From contig JAQUQO010000001.1 of assembly GCA_028716045.1 (NCBI GenBank), positions 452,096-516,095 on the forward strand: a DNA stretch of 64,000 nucleotides, in the 5' to 3' direction. This DNA is from Patescibacteria group bacterium. GTDB taxonomy: Bacteria; Patescibacteriota; Patescibacteriia; JAQUQO01. The translations under genes and the position numbers were made by a program. The notes under the pieces are model-generated. The model was not told where the DNA came from. It did no database searches and saw nothing but the letters and a program-made list of their open reading frames with translations. The stretch's first letter is position 1; every line of letters starts with the position of its first letter. Below, one piece after another: positions 1 through 9,477 of this stretch.

Positions 1-535
1 CTTTCTTAATAATCGCCTCCAGTATTTCCGTCACGCCTTCACCCGTCTTACCCGAAGCTAAGTAAATATCCTCCTTCTTGCAGCCCATCAGTCCGATTAT
101 TTCCTGGCTCACTTCTTCCACGCGCGCTGCGGGCAAATCAATTTTATTAACCACCGGAATAATAGTAAGGTTCTGCTCTAATGCCAGATACAAATTGCCG
201 ATGGTCTGCGCCTGCACTCCCTGAGTGGCGTCAACTAACAGCAAAGCTCCTTCCACGGCGGCGAGCGAGCGGGAAACTTCGTAATTAAAATCAACGTGAC
301 CCGGGGTATCAATCAGGTTTAATTCATACCCCCGCCACTCCATTCTCGCCGGCGTCAGCTTGATGGTAATGCCCCTTTCCTGCTCCAAATCCATTTGGTC
401 TAAAATTTGTTCGCGCATTTCGCGTTTACTCACGGTTCCCGTGATTTCCAAAAGCCGGTCCGCCAGCGTGGATTTCCCATGGTCTATATGCGCAATGATG
501 CAAAAATTGCGGATTTTATTATCCGAATTATCCAT
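1..535 (-). CDS. lepA: Elongation factor 4 (LepA), N-terminal part; runs off the window start
   Basis: Manual translation from ATG at 535: [30 protein letters not shown]...ERGITIK...[38 protein letters not shown]...NKID; absent from the ORF track because it is truncated. Confidence 0.96.
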   Translation of the reverse strand, partial: MDNSDNKIRNFCIIAHIDHGKSTLADRLLEITGTVSKREMREQILDQMDLEQERGITIKLTPARMEWRGYELNLIDTPGHVDFNYEVSRSLAAVEGALLLVDATQGVQAQTIGNLYLALEQNLTIIPVVNKIDLPAARVEEVSQEIIGLMGCKKEDIYLASGKTGEGVTEILEAIIKK

Positions 536-699
536 ATTAGATTAAGATTAACACAAAAAATCAAGGCAAACAAGGGAAAATAAAACAACTGATTCCTCTG
601 AAAATTCAAAAAACATACTAAAATCCAGCCTCTTACAAAATTTTTATATTCCAAAAGGGGGAAATGGCCGTAGTCGGTAAGCTGTTGTCAATAAGCGTC

Positions 700-728
700 T
701 TGACAACCCCGTAGAAATATGATATACT
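700..728 (+). promoter_or_regulatory. Sigma70-type promoter for the 778 gene
   Basis: TTGACA (700-705), 17-nt spacer, TATACT (723-728) with TG extension; AGGAGG Shine-Dalgarno precedes ATG 778. Confidence 0.8.
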
Positions 729-777
729 TTTTATATTGAAAAAATACTAAAAATAAACCAAAAGGAGGAACCAAAGA

Positions 778-1047
778 ATGAAATGGTTAATAATCTTGGC
801 GGCGCTAGTGGGAATAATTTTGGGGGCAGGAGAAGAAAAAGAACAAAAAATTAATAACGAACAACCCCCTATCGTCTGTCGCGATAATTTCGCGATAATA
901 CCGGAACAACCGGTAATTGTTTCTCCAACGTCGAGCAGCAAAGATAAAAGGAGTAGAGATGGAAGGAGTAATAGCTTGCGCAATGGCCCTCCCAGCGCTG
1001 GTAATATTTGTCGTCATCTGCGTTGGCGCGATATTTATCCGGCCTAA
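778..1047 (+). CDS. Small putative secreted/membrane-anchored protein (89 aa)
   Basis: Signal-peptide-like MKWLIILAALVGIILGA; own promoter, SD and terminator. Confidence 0.65.
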   Translation: MKWLIILAALVGIILGAGEEKEQKINNEQPPIVCRDNFAIIPEQPVIVSPTSSSKDKRSRDGRSNSLRNGPPSAGNICRHLRWRDIYPA

Positions 1048-1072
1048 GGCCCAGTAATAATCAAAACAACAA

Positions 1073-1105
1073 ACCCGCGGGGTAAATCCCGTGGGTATTT
1101 TATTT
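1073..1105 (+). terminator. Rho-independent terminator
   Basis: ACCCGCGGG-gtaaat-CCCGTGGGT hairpin followed by ATTTTATTT. Confidence 0.7.
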
Positions 1106-1178
1106 AATGTTATTTGAATTAGCTTTTACCTTCTTAATTTTACTTTTTTTCAATTTTAATTTTGAATTTTGATTTTAT

Positions 1179-2807
1179 TTATATCCCCCTGCTCTCATCA
1201 GCGCTGGACGGCGGCAATTTTGATTTAAATAATTTACGAACTAAAGAATCTTTAAAAGAAATCATCTCCGGAGATTTAACAACTAGACAAATTCCAAGAT
1301 AAATTATAAGCCCGCCCGCACCCGCGATAAATCCTTGTGAAAATATTCCCCAAAATTTATCCATATTGACGAACGGAGCCACGACAAATTTGGCTGACTG
1401 CACAACTACCGCCATAGCCAAGGCGGCGGCGCTGATTTTTACCAAAGAATATAAGATATTGATTTCGTCCAAATTGCCGACTTTAATGCGCAAAGCCACC
1501 CACAAAAGAACAAAATTAAAGATATTGGCCACGGAAAAGGCCATGGCCAGACCGGCCACGCCATACTGGGGCGCGAGCAGCAAACTCGCGAAGATATTTA
1601 AAACCGCGCTCATCAGACCGATGACAAAAGGATAAAAAGTATTTTCAAAAGCGTAAAAAACGCGCGCCAAAAGCGGGATTATCGCTTGGGCAAATAAACT
1701 GAAACTGAAAAAAGCCAAAGTGTCAGCAGTACTGATGGTGTCATTCCAGTCAAATTGTCCGCTGCCCAAAATTACACGGACGATCTGGGCACGCAAAAGC
1801 AAAAACAAAACAGACGCCGGTACCACAAAAAATATTATCTGGCGCAAAGCGGAAGAAAAACTTTTAACCAATTCTTCTTTTTTATCTTTAACCGCGTATT
1901 CGGAAAGAAAAGGAAAAACAGCAATGGCATAAGAAATGCCGAAAATGCCAATGGGAAAACTTTGTAAATTATTGGCTAAATTAAATACCGTCAAACTCCC
2001 CTCTTCCAAAGTGGAAGCGATAATAGTAATGATGACTAAATTAATTTGCGTAACGGCCAACGCTAAAGTCCGCGGTATCATTAATTTGCCAAGGAGGCGC
2101 ACGCCGGAATGATAGATGTCAAAAGCCCATCGATAACTCCAGCCCAGCGAAGCCACCGCTGGGATTTGGATGATAAAATGCAAGCCCGCGCCCAACACCA
2201 CACCCCAAGCCAAGCCGCTAATCCCTAATTTGGGCACGAAGAATAAAGCGCCAAAAATAATTCCGATATTATACATTATCGGCGCCAAAGAATAGATAAA
2301 AAACCGGCGAAAACTTTGTAAAATACCACCTAAAATACTTGACAGCCCCAAAAAAATCGGCGAAAGAAACATAATGCGAGTGAGAGCAATGGTGAACTCA
2401 AGTTTTTCTCCGGAGAATCCCGGGGTTATCCAAGGGACAATCCGGGAAGAAAAAATCACCAACAAAGAACAAATGAATATCAGCGCAACGGAAACTATGT
2501 TAAAAAGAGAATTAATAAAATGCCCAGCCTCCCCGCTTATTTTTTCTCTCCTCTCGCTAAACCACCCTAAATACTTAGTAAAAACGGGAATAAAACCGGC
2601 GGAAAGCGCGCCCAAAACAAGCAGATTATAAATTAAATCCGGGATGCGAAAAGCGGCATAATAAATATCTAAAGTATCCCCTGCTCCGAATTGTCCGGCT
2701 AAAATATGGTCGCGAAAAATGCCGAGAAATCTGCTGAGCAGTCCGGAGACACCAACAATAATCGCCGCCACCGTGACATTATTTGCTTTGCCGTTAAAAT
2801 TAAACAT
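1179..2807 (-). CDS. murJ: Lipid II flippase MurJ (MviN)
   Basis: SRFLGIFRD, YYAAFRIPD, GALSAGFIPVF motifs; many TM segments. Confidence 0.95.
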   Translation of the reverse strand: MFNFNGKANNVTVAAIIVGVSGLLSRFLGIFRDHILAGQFGAGDTLDIYYAAFRIPDLIYNLLVLGALSAGFIPVFTKYLGWFSERREKISGEAGHFINSLFNIVSVALIFICSLLVIFSSRIVPWITPGFSGEKLEFTIALTRIMFLSPIFLGLSSILGGILQSFRRFFIYSLAPIMYNIGIIFGALFFVPKLGISGLAWGVVLGAGLHFIIQIPAVASLGWSYRWAFDIYHSGVRLLGKLMIPRTLALAVTQINLVIITIIASTLEEGSLTVFNLANNLQSFPIGIFGISYAIAVFPFLSEYAVKDKKEELVKSFSSALRQIIFFVVPASVLFLLLRAQIVRVILGSGQFDWNDTISTADTLAFFSFSLFAQAIIPLLARVFYAFENTFYPFVIGLMSAVLNIFASLLLAPQYGVAGLAMAFSVANIFNFVLLWVALRIKVGNLDEINILYSLVKISAAALAMAVVVQSAKFVVAPFVNMDKFWGIFSQGFIAGAGGLIIYLGICLVVKSPEMISFKDSLVRKLFKSKLPPSSADESRGI

Positions 2808-2863
2808 CTGTTTATATAAGAAAAAGCTAAGCCGAAAATTCTTTCCGATTTAGCTTTCCCATT

Positions 2864-3202
2864 TTATTTGCGTTTCTCGTTTTTATTTTTAACGCGATGG
2901 GGGGCCCTGTCATTAAGTTTTCTTAACTGAATAATTAGCTTGTCCAGCGCCAAATCAATAACTTCAGTAATAGTATGGTCATCCTCCGATGAACGTAAAT
3001 GATCTTTGGGGAGATTAAGCTCTAAAATCAGGTTATAGGCCGCCTTTTTGGAAAATTTTTCCGCTGCCACCCGCAATTTTGCTTCATTGCTTTCAAACCC
3101 CCCTAACCACTCTTCTAAACGCGGTAATTTTTCATTAAAATATTTTTCAAACCTCTCTTTTTCTTCGGGAGTAAAATTCTTATAGCGAAAATTAATCACC
3201 AT
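2864..3202 (-). CDS. Ribosome hibernation factor, HPF/RaiA family
   Basis: 112 aa; YFNEKL...L.LP...IDLALDKLIIQLRK pattern of the S30AE fold. Confidence 0.75.
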   Translation of the reverse strand: MVINFRYKNFTPEEKERFEKYFNEKLPRLEEWLGGFESNEAKLRVAAEKFSKKAAYNLILELNLPKDHLRSSEDDHTITEVIDLALDKLIIQLRKLNDRAPHRVKNKNEKRK

Positions 3203-3220
3203 AAAAAATATTTTTCTTTG

Positions 3221-3544
3221 TTATTTTTTAGAACCGCCCAGCTCTTTGCTGATATTTTTCCATTGCGACTTTAAATCCTGGCGCAACTCTTTGACCGTAT
3301 CGCGGGAAAGTTTTTTACTGGCCTGATATTCGCCTAACACCGCTTCCACCACTTTTTCATAATTGGCTTTACTGACGCTCTTCAAGAGATGCAATCTCTT
3401 TAAAATTTTTCCGGTAAGCTCGGTGACTGTTTTTTTGGCCCGGGCTTTTGTTTGCGGAGAAAGTTTTTTATTAACGACCATGGCCGTGCCGGCCGCGAGC
3501 GCCGCGCCCACTAGGGCGAGTTTTAAAAAATTTTTAGCTTTCAT
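3221..3544 (-). CDS. Hypothetical basic protein with N-terminal membrane anchor
   Basis: LALVGAALAAGTAMV followed by Lys-rich helices. Confidence 0.7.
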   Translation of the reverse strand: MKAKNFLKLALVGAALAAGTAMVVNKKLSPQTKARAKKTVTELTGKILKRLHLLKSVSKANYEKVVEAVLGEYQASKKLSRDTVKELRQDLKSQWKNISKELGGSKK

Positions 3545-3625
3545 AAACTTTGACGTTATTTATTACAATAATATTATAACCTATTTTAAGGGAATTTACA
3601 AAAGCCGCTGTGGGAGCGGCTTCGG

Positions 3626-3859
3626 CTATTCTTCCTGCCAAGCCGGCAGGGTGTTTATAAATTCCTCTGTCTTAGCGCGCGCTTCCTCTTCGGACAAACC
3701 AAGCGTTTCCATAAAATAATGGTTTTTTATCCCTTCAAAGGCTTGCTCCTTGGTAACCCCAAGTTCCTGCCCGGCCTCATCCTTAGCGCAATGTTCGCAG
3801 TAACGACGCGTCTCATCATCCATGGGCAGACCGCAGGCCTCGCAACGAATTCCAATCAT
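3626..3859 (-). CDS. Putative zinc-ribbon protein
   Basis: CEACGLPM...YCEHC and C-terminal LPAW. Confidence 0.75.
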   Translation of the reverse strand: MIGIRCEACGLPMDDETRRYCEHCAKDEAGQELGVTKEQAFEGIKNHYFMETLGLSEEEARAKTEEFINTLPAWQEE

Positions 3860-3878
3860 AATAATTTAATTTTAATTA

Positions 3879-5234
3879 TTAAATGGCTAAGGGCGGCTCT
3901 TTTAAATTGTCGGTTTTTCTTAAAACCGTTTCCTCTACTTTATAAGCTCCGAGTTTGGGCGCGTCCGTAAAACCTTCCATCGCCGCCCTAGCCAACCAAC
4001 CGCTTTCAATCCAATCAAAGAGCCATTCATTGGCATAGCGAGGATTATTTTGCGTAATTCCCCCGCCGACGCTTTTAAGCCAAATTCTGTTGAAATCCTC
4101 CTGCGAACCGACCGACGGAGCCATAATAATCGGCAAGCCGAGACCAGTATAGAATGAAAGCTCCGACGGCTTTGTCCACAGAACATCAGTGCTCCGCAAG
4201 GACTCGTTGAATTTCTGAAAATATTTAAATTTATCCACGTCAAAAATAATGTCCACGCATTCCCCAAAACATTTTTCCAAACCGCAGGAAGCAATCGCCT
4301 TTTTAAAATAAAGAAAAACTTCGTTGCGGATGCCCGCCACTAGATTTACCTTAACTCTTTCTTTTTTTATGTCATTTTTCAAACTGTCTAAAATTTCCGC
4401 ACCCAATTCGCGCTGAGCGCCAGCGCCGCCGACGGCAAAGGTAACGGTCAACGGATGCGAGGATTTTTGGGGAAAATTATCCTCGCCTAAATGAAATTTT
4501 ATAGTATGGCGAAACTGGCTGACATATCTTTTTTGGGGGTCCAGATTATAGATGCGATAACCAATGTCTTCTTTAAGCGTCGCCAGCCCCGGACCGCCGA
4601 TATTTTCCTTGGGCAAAGGAAAACCCGTGAGATGAATTTGTTCTTCTTTTACTCCGTAGAGTTTTAATCTCTCCACCACTCTTCGATTTGGCGCCAGGTA
4701 ATTTATTCGGCTCTTTTGCGGATAAAGCGGCGCCCAATTGCGGCTGATGTCCGCGTCGCAAATCTGGCAATAAATATCTCCGCCGTAATTAAAGTATTCG
4801 GCCATAAAAGCCACCACAAAAAAAGTAGTAATCAGCGGCCGGCTGCCGTTTTCCCTGTTTAATAATTTAATCAAATCCTCACCCCATTTTTTTCGGCGAA
4901 TCAGAGAATATGTTTGTTTGGTCTGGAAATTCGCAGCTGACAAATCCCGTCTGGGATAAAATGGCGGGATGGACTGCCATTTATCAAATAAGCTGAAAGC
5001 ATATTCCCCCACTATGGGCACATGTCGGAAACGGGAAATGAACTCATAAAATTTCCGGCTTTCCCGCCAAATCTTTTCGTCTTTTTTAGGGATACCCTTG
5101 TAATTGTTGGCAATAATAATTCCGCCACGGGCAAAATCCTTGAGAGGATAAGCGGCCCGGTCATGACCATAACCCATATTAACCGAAACCACCCAGGCAT
5201 CGTCAAATAATTTTTGTTCTTTGGCTGGCGCCAT
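3879..5234 (-). CDS. GT-B fold glycosyltransferase-like protein (MGDG synthase/GT28-like)
   Basis: MGYGHDRAA, TGFPLP, VGGAG, TKPSELS, GLPII..P..GSQE motifs. Confidence 0.75.
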   Translation of the reverse strand: MAPAKEQKLFDDAWVVSVNMGYGHDRAAYPLKDFARGGIIIANNYKGIPKKDEKIWRESRKFYEFISRFRHVPIVGEYAFSLFDKWQSIPPFYPRRDLSAANFQTKQTYSLIRRKKWGEDLIKLLNRENGSRPLITTFFVVAFMAEYFNYGGDIYCQICDADISRNWAPLYPQKSRINYLAPNRRVVERLKLYGVKEEQIHLTGFPLPKENIGGPGLATLKEDIGYRIYNLDPQKRYVSQFRHTIKFHLGEDNFPQKSSHPLTVTFAVGGAGAQRELGAEILDSLKNDIKKERVKVNLVAGIRNEVFLYFKKAIASCGLEKCFGECVDIIFDVDKFKYFQKFNESLRSTDVLWTKPSELSFYTGLGLPIIMAPSVGSQEDFNRIWLKSVGGGITQNNPRYANEWLFDWIESGWLARAAMEGFTDAPKLGAYKVEETVLRKTDNLKEPPLAI

Positions 5235-5323
5235 AATTCAACTAAATTCTCTTTATTAAAATTCTGTCTCTACGTAAATTATAACACAGAAATAGCTCCG
5301 ATAAAACCCCAAGTAAAGCGCCC

Positions 5324-5653
5324 TTATCTATCATCTCCATCGCCCCCCAAGGTTCCTCTCTCTTTTCTGGATGATAATTTTTGGATATTATCCTCGGCGA
5401 TTTTTCCCAAATCCAGTCCCATTTCCGTGGCCACCTGCGCCATATACCATAAGATATCTCCCAGCTCTTTTTCAATTTCCCGGCGGCGATTATCATCAAG
5501 GACTCCGCCATTGTCACGAAAAATTTTTTTAACCTTTTCAGCCACTTCACCGGTTTCCCCGCAAAGCCCTAACGTCGGGTAAACAAAATTCTCGCCGACT
5601 TTAGGATAAAAAGCCGTGGCTCTTGATTTTTTCTGATATTCTTGAAAATCCAT
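5324..5653 (-). CDS. MazG-like nucleotide pyrophosphohydrolase
   Basis: LGLCGETGEVAEKVKK...KELGDILWY. Confidence 0.9.
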   Translation of the reverse strand: MDFQEYQKKSRATAFYPKVGENFVYPTLGLCGETGEVAEKVKKIFRDNGGVLDDNRRREIEKELGDILWYMAQVATEMGLDLGKIAEDNIQKLSSRKERGTLGGDGDDR

Positions 5654-5657
5654 AATT

Positions 5658-6671
5658 TTATTTTAATTTATTGTTTAATTTTTTTATTGCCAATTGTCCG
5701 CAAGCGGCGTCAATCTCCCGGCCGAAACGCCATCGCTCGGTGACTGCCACCCCGCTCTTTTCCAAAATTTCGCGAAATTTTCTAATCCTTTCTTTAGTCG
5801 GCGGTTTAAACATTCCTGTCTTATTACAAGGGATAAGATTAACGAGATGTAAAGGTTTTTTTATAAGCGCCGCAAGCTCGCGCGCTTCTTTGGGGGAATC
5901 ATTCACCCCGGCTAAAAGAATATACTCAAACATCACTCGCCGGTTAGTCTTTTTGATATACGCGTCAACCTCTCTTAAAATTTCTTTAAGCGGATATTTT
6001 TTATTGGCTGGAATAATTTTTGAACGCAAAAAATCATTAGGAGCATGAAGCGAAATGGCCAAATTAACCTGCAAATTCTCTTTGGATAATTTTTTAATGC
6101 CTTCGATGACTCCAACGGTGGAAAGGGAAATCCGCCGCGCGCCGATGTTTAGTCCATCCTTATCATTGAGGATTCTCACGGCCGCTAAAACATTGTCATA
6201 ATTCAAAAACGGCTCGCCCATACCCATAAAAACCACGTTGGTAATTTTGGAAAGGGAACTTTTTAACTGGCGCGCAAAAAACAAAACCTGTCCCACTATT
6301 TCCCAAGAATTTAAATTTCTTTTAAACCCCATCTGTCCGGTGGCGCAAAAAAGGCAGCCCAGCGGACAACCGACAGCCGAAGAAACGCACACCGTGTTTC
6401 GCCCGTCTTTATGCTTCATTAAAACCGATTCAACTTTCAGCCCATCGTCAAGCGCAATCAGCGCCTTGGCTGAATTTTGGTCTTTGGCCCAGATTATTTC
6501 TCCTTTTATGTCTAACGGGCACTGGGCTTGAAGCGAAATTCTTAATGGCTTAGAAAGCACCGTGGCCTTGCCCCAATCATCAATCAAATCTAAAAATACC
6601 GCCCGTTTTGCCTGTTTTTGGCGGTATGGCGGCTCTTCTCTAAAAACTTTGGCAAGACAATCAAGATTCAT
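5658..6671 (-). CDS. rlmN: 23S rRNA/tRNA m2A methyltransferase RlmN (radical SAM)
   Basis: CVSSAVGCPLGCLFCATG, MGMGEP, SLHAP, IDAACGQL; start placed at ATG 6671. Confidence 0.93.
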   Translation of the reverse strand: MNLDCLAKVFREEPPYRQKQAKRAVFLDLIDDWGKATVLSKPLRISLQAQCPLDIKGEIIWAKDQNSAKALIALDDGLKVESVLMKHKDGRNTVCVSSAVGCPLGCLFCATGQMGFKRNLNSWEIVGQVLFFARQLKSSLSKITNVVFMGMGEPFLNYDNVLAAVRILNDKDGLNIGARRISLSTVGVIEGIKKLSKENLQVNLAISLHAPNDFLRSKIIPANKKYPLKEILREVDAYIKKTNRRVMFEYILLAGVNDSPKEARELAALIKKPLHLVNLIPCNKTGMFKPPTKERIRKFREILEKSGVAVTERWRFGREIDAACGQLAIKKLNNKLK

Positions 6672-6764
6672 AATCACCCGTTTTTTAAATGTTATTTAAT
6701 AATTCTATCATCTTGACAAACGGGCGTCAAAAAATAATTTTAACACTGATTTAGGATATTGGGC

Positions 6765-7799
6765 TTAAATTTTTTTAATTTTATTTCTCTCCAACGCCGC
6801 GTTAATGATGCTTTTTAAAACATCTTCGTAGCTCATGCCGGAAGTTCTGGCGATTAAAGGGAAATAAGAAGTGGCGGAAATTTTCGGCGGCATAAGTCCT
6901 GCCGGGGAATTAATGTCTAAAATATAAGGATTGCCCGCCCGGTCGCAGCGCACATCCATCCGGCACCAGTCTAAAATATCCAAAACCTCCCAGGCCTTAA
7001 GACAAATTTCTGCTATTTTATCTTTTAACTTTTTATCAATGTTCGCCGGGCATATAAGATGGTTCGCCCGTGAACTATCTTCCTCTAAAACCCATTTGAC
7101 CTCCAAAGAATCAAGCGGCTGATAACCGGCCGGCAAGCTCCCGTGGTCGGATTCCAAAATCGGCAAAATCCGCGGCGGATTGCCGAGCAGGGCCACGGAA
7201 AATTCGCGGCCGGTGAGAAACGGCTCCACAAGCGCCGGTTCCTTAAAAGTTGAGATTATAAAATTAATTTGCTTCTTAAGCTCGCGGCGATTCAAAACTA
7301 CGCTCTGATTAGTGATGCCCGCCGACGAACCTTGCGCCACCGGTTTGACGATTAACGGGAATTCCAATCCCTCCCTTAAATCTTTTCTGGAATTTTTAAA
7401 AATTTGGAACGGCAAAGTCGAAATTTTATTGGCTAAAAGAATTTGTTTGAATCTCGCTTTGTATAAAATCAGCGCCTGCGTGAGCGGACCGGAACCGGTG
7501 TAAGGAAGACGCAACATTTCCAGTATCGCCGGCAAATGGGCATAACGGTCTCTACCGTAAATTCCCAAAGAATAATTAAAGACCAAATCTATTTTTCTCC
7601 TATTTTTTAATAATTCGTCATAAGCATACTCATCGGCTTCAATAGGTAAAACCTTAAACCCGCACTTTTTCAAATGGACAATCATCGTTTTAATAGTTTC
7701 GGGGTCATCAAAATCCGCCTCCAGTTGGGTGGCGGGATTTTGGGGGTCAGGATAAGAATGCCTGACGTTATAAAGAAAAGCGACGTTCAATTTTTTCAT
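6765..7799 (-). CDS. D-Ala-D-Ala ligase-like ATP-grasp enzyme (atypical)
   Basis: PYTGS, PLIVKP..QGSSAGI, LVEPFLTGREFSV, RMDVR; lacks the canonical Ddl N-terminal GG.S.EH motif. Confidence 0.85.
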   Translation of the reverse strand: MKKLNVAFLYNVRHSYPDPQNPATQLEADFDDPETIKTMIVHLKKCGFKVLPIEADEYAYDELLKNRRKIDLVFNYSLGIYGRDRYAHLPAILEMLRLPYTGSGPLTQALILYKARFKQILLANKISTLPFQIFKNSRKDLREGLEFPLIVKPVAQGSSAGITNQSVVLNRRELKKQINFIISTFKEPALVEPFLTGREFSVALLGNPPRILPILESDHGSLPAGYQPLDSLEVKWVLEEDSSRANHLICPANIDKKLKDKIAEICLKAWEVLDILDWCRMDVRCDRAGNPYILDINSPAGLMPPKISATSYFPLIARTSGMSYEDVLKSIINAALERNKIKKI

Positions 7800-9331
7800 T
7801 ACTTCCTTAAACTTAGAATTTCTTTTTTTGTCTGTTCCAGGGACTCCCTGAAAATTTTATCAATCTTTTCTTTCCACTGCGGCGGGGTAATATGTTCTTC
7901 GTGAATAAAAAAATATTTCAGAAAGAGTTCCTCAAATCTGTCCTCCGCTTCTTTTTTCGCGGAAGAAACGGCAAACTTTTCCACCAAAGGGTCGCGATTA
8001 CCCCTTAAATAAGTAAGATAAAAAGCTAAAAGCTGCTCATCCCTGTTGGTGCCAAAAGCGTCAAAACCCGTACCCACGGCCGGACGACCGAAAATGTTAA
8101 ACAGTTTTTCTCTGTCACTAGCAAAAAGATTGTCTTTAAACCCCGCTTCTTCGGGGTCTATGCCATTAGCGCTTAAATAAAGATAAATTCTGGCGCATTT
8201 AGAACAATCGGCGCACCATCTCTTGTCCTTAGCGGCCTCGGTTTCCGCCCAGCAAGACATGAGATATTTTAAACTGGAATGATAGCGATTTTTTAAAATT
8301 GAAATAATAGCTAAATCATGGACTCCCTGCAAAAAAGTGGTAGTGTAGACTTCTCCTTCCGATAATGATTGAGTCAAAATGGATAATTCCTCCGTAGCTT
8401 GCCCCGACTGTTCGTAATCGGGAATAACTTTAAGATTTTCATCGTCATAAAAAAAGTCATTGCATGTCGCTTCATTGGAAAAAATAATATAACCAGCCTT
8501 TTTAGCGTAAGCAAAGGGCAAGGAAAGCAACGCCCAGGAAGTGAGCGCCAGCTCCCAGCCAAACCATCCCTCCCCGTATTCGCGGAGTTTTCCCAGGGGG
8601 TTATCTAAATAATAAATTTTTTCTCCCGTATCGGCGCTAAATTGTTTTGAAAGTTCCAATTTATGTTTTCTTGAGTATTCCTCCGATGGTTCGTCAAAAT
8701 AAACCAGGGTCGGTTTAAGGCCGATTTCTTTAGCAAGATTATAAGTTAAAAAACTGTCTTTCCCAAAAGTAAAAGGGATGACGACATTTTCGTCAATGGA
8801 AACGGGAAACCTGGGAGGAACATCTTTGGTATCGGAAAAATTAGCACGGGAATTAAGCATGGTTTTAAGAATCGGAAAAACACCTGTTCCTCTTCTCCCG
8901 CGGTATAAATACCAATAAGCTGGCAGAAATCTTATAAAACATTGAGTAGCCCACGAATATGAGTGTGGATATCCAGTATTATATTCCATCCGGATATTAC
9001 CCTTCAAAAGAAAAGGTAAATGCGCGGTAAAAATATAAGTGATATTGTCCACGAGTTTAACCCTGTTTTCCTCCGGATAATCTTTCCAGATGGAATTAGG
9101 ATAATCAAGGCGAAGTTCGGAAGAAAGAAGCTTGGAATTAATTTTTACTTTAACGCCGCTATCCGTGGCCGAACCTTCAATCTGAACCGGCGTTTCGCGC
9201 TCATGCCAGTCCCTCCATTTATGGGGTCTGCCGGATGGCGGAGAAATCAAACTTTCTCCGCTACGGCTTGGCTCGGAGAGCGGATTACTTAAAGGGGGCT
9301 CGGCGGACTGACTACTATTTTCTTCTGCCAT
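7799..9331 (-). CDS. MurL-like PP-loop protein (putative ATP-dependent peptide epimerase)
   Basis: PP-loop-like FTFGKDS; SCW...WCADCSKCARIYL resembles the MurL WCxxCxKC motif; stop overlaps the next start (TAATG). Confidence 0.6.
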   Translation of the reverse strand: MAEENSSQSAEPPLSNPLSEPSRSGESLISPPSGRPHKWRDWHERETPVQIEGSATDSGVKVKINSKLLSSELRLDYPNSIWKDYPEENRVKLVDNITYIFTAHLPFLLKGNIRMEYNTGYPHSYSWATQCFIRFLPAYWYLYRGRRGTGVFPILKTMLNSRANFSDTKDVPPRFPVSIDENVVIPFTFGKDSFLTYNLAKEIGLKPTLVYFDEPSEEYSRKHKLELSKQFSADTGEKIYYLDNPLGKLREYGEGWFGWELALTSWALLSLPFAYAKKAGYIIFSNEATCNDFFYDDENLKVIPDYEQSGQATEELSILTQSLSEGEVYTTTFLQGVHDLAIISILKNRYHSSLKYLMSCWAETEAAKDKRWCADCSKCARIYLYLSANGIDPEEAGFKDNLFASDREKLFNIFGRPAVGTGFDAFGTNRDEQLLAFYLTYLRGNRDPLVEKFAVSSAKKEAEDRFEELFLKYFFIHEEHITPPQWKEKIDKIFRESLEQTKKEILSLRK

Positions 9332-9427
9332 GGCAATTTGATTTAAAAAATAAATTAAAGATATTTATCAATTATCGCTCTTTCTGCTAAAAAGTCAAAC
9401 AATCATGTGGATAAGGTTTCTCAAAAT

Positions 9428-9468
9428 AAAAGAGCGCCCCGATGTTATGTCGGGGGCTCTTTTATTTT
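9428..9468 (-). terminator. Terminator of the giant surface-protein gene
   Basis: AAAGAGCGCCCGA...TCGGGGGCTCTTT imperfect hairpin with A/T tracts on both sides. Confidence 0.6.
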
Positions 9469-9477
9469 TCTAAAGCT

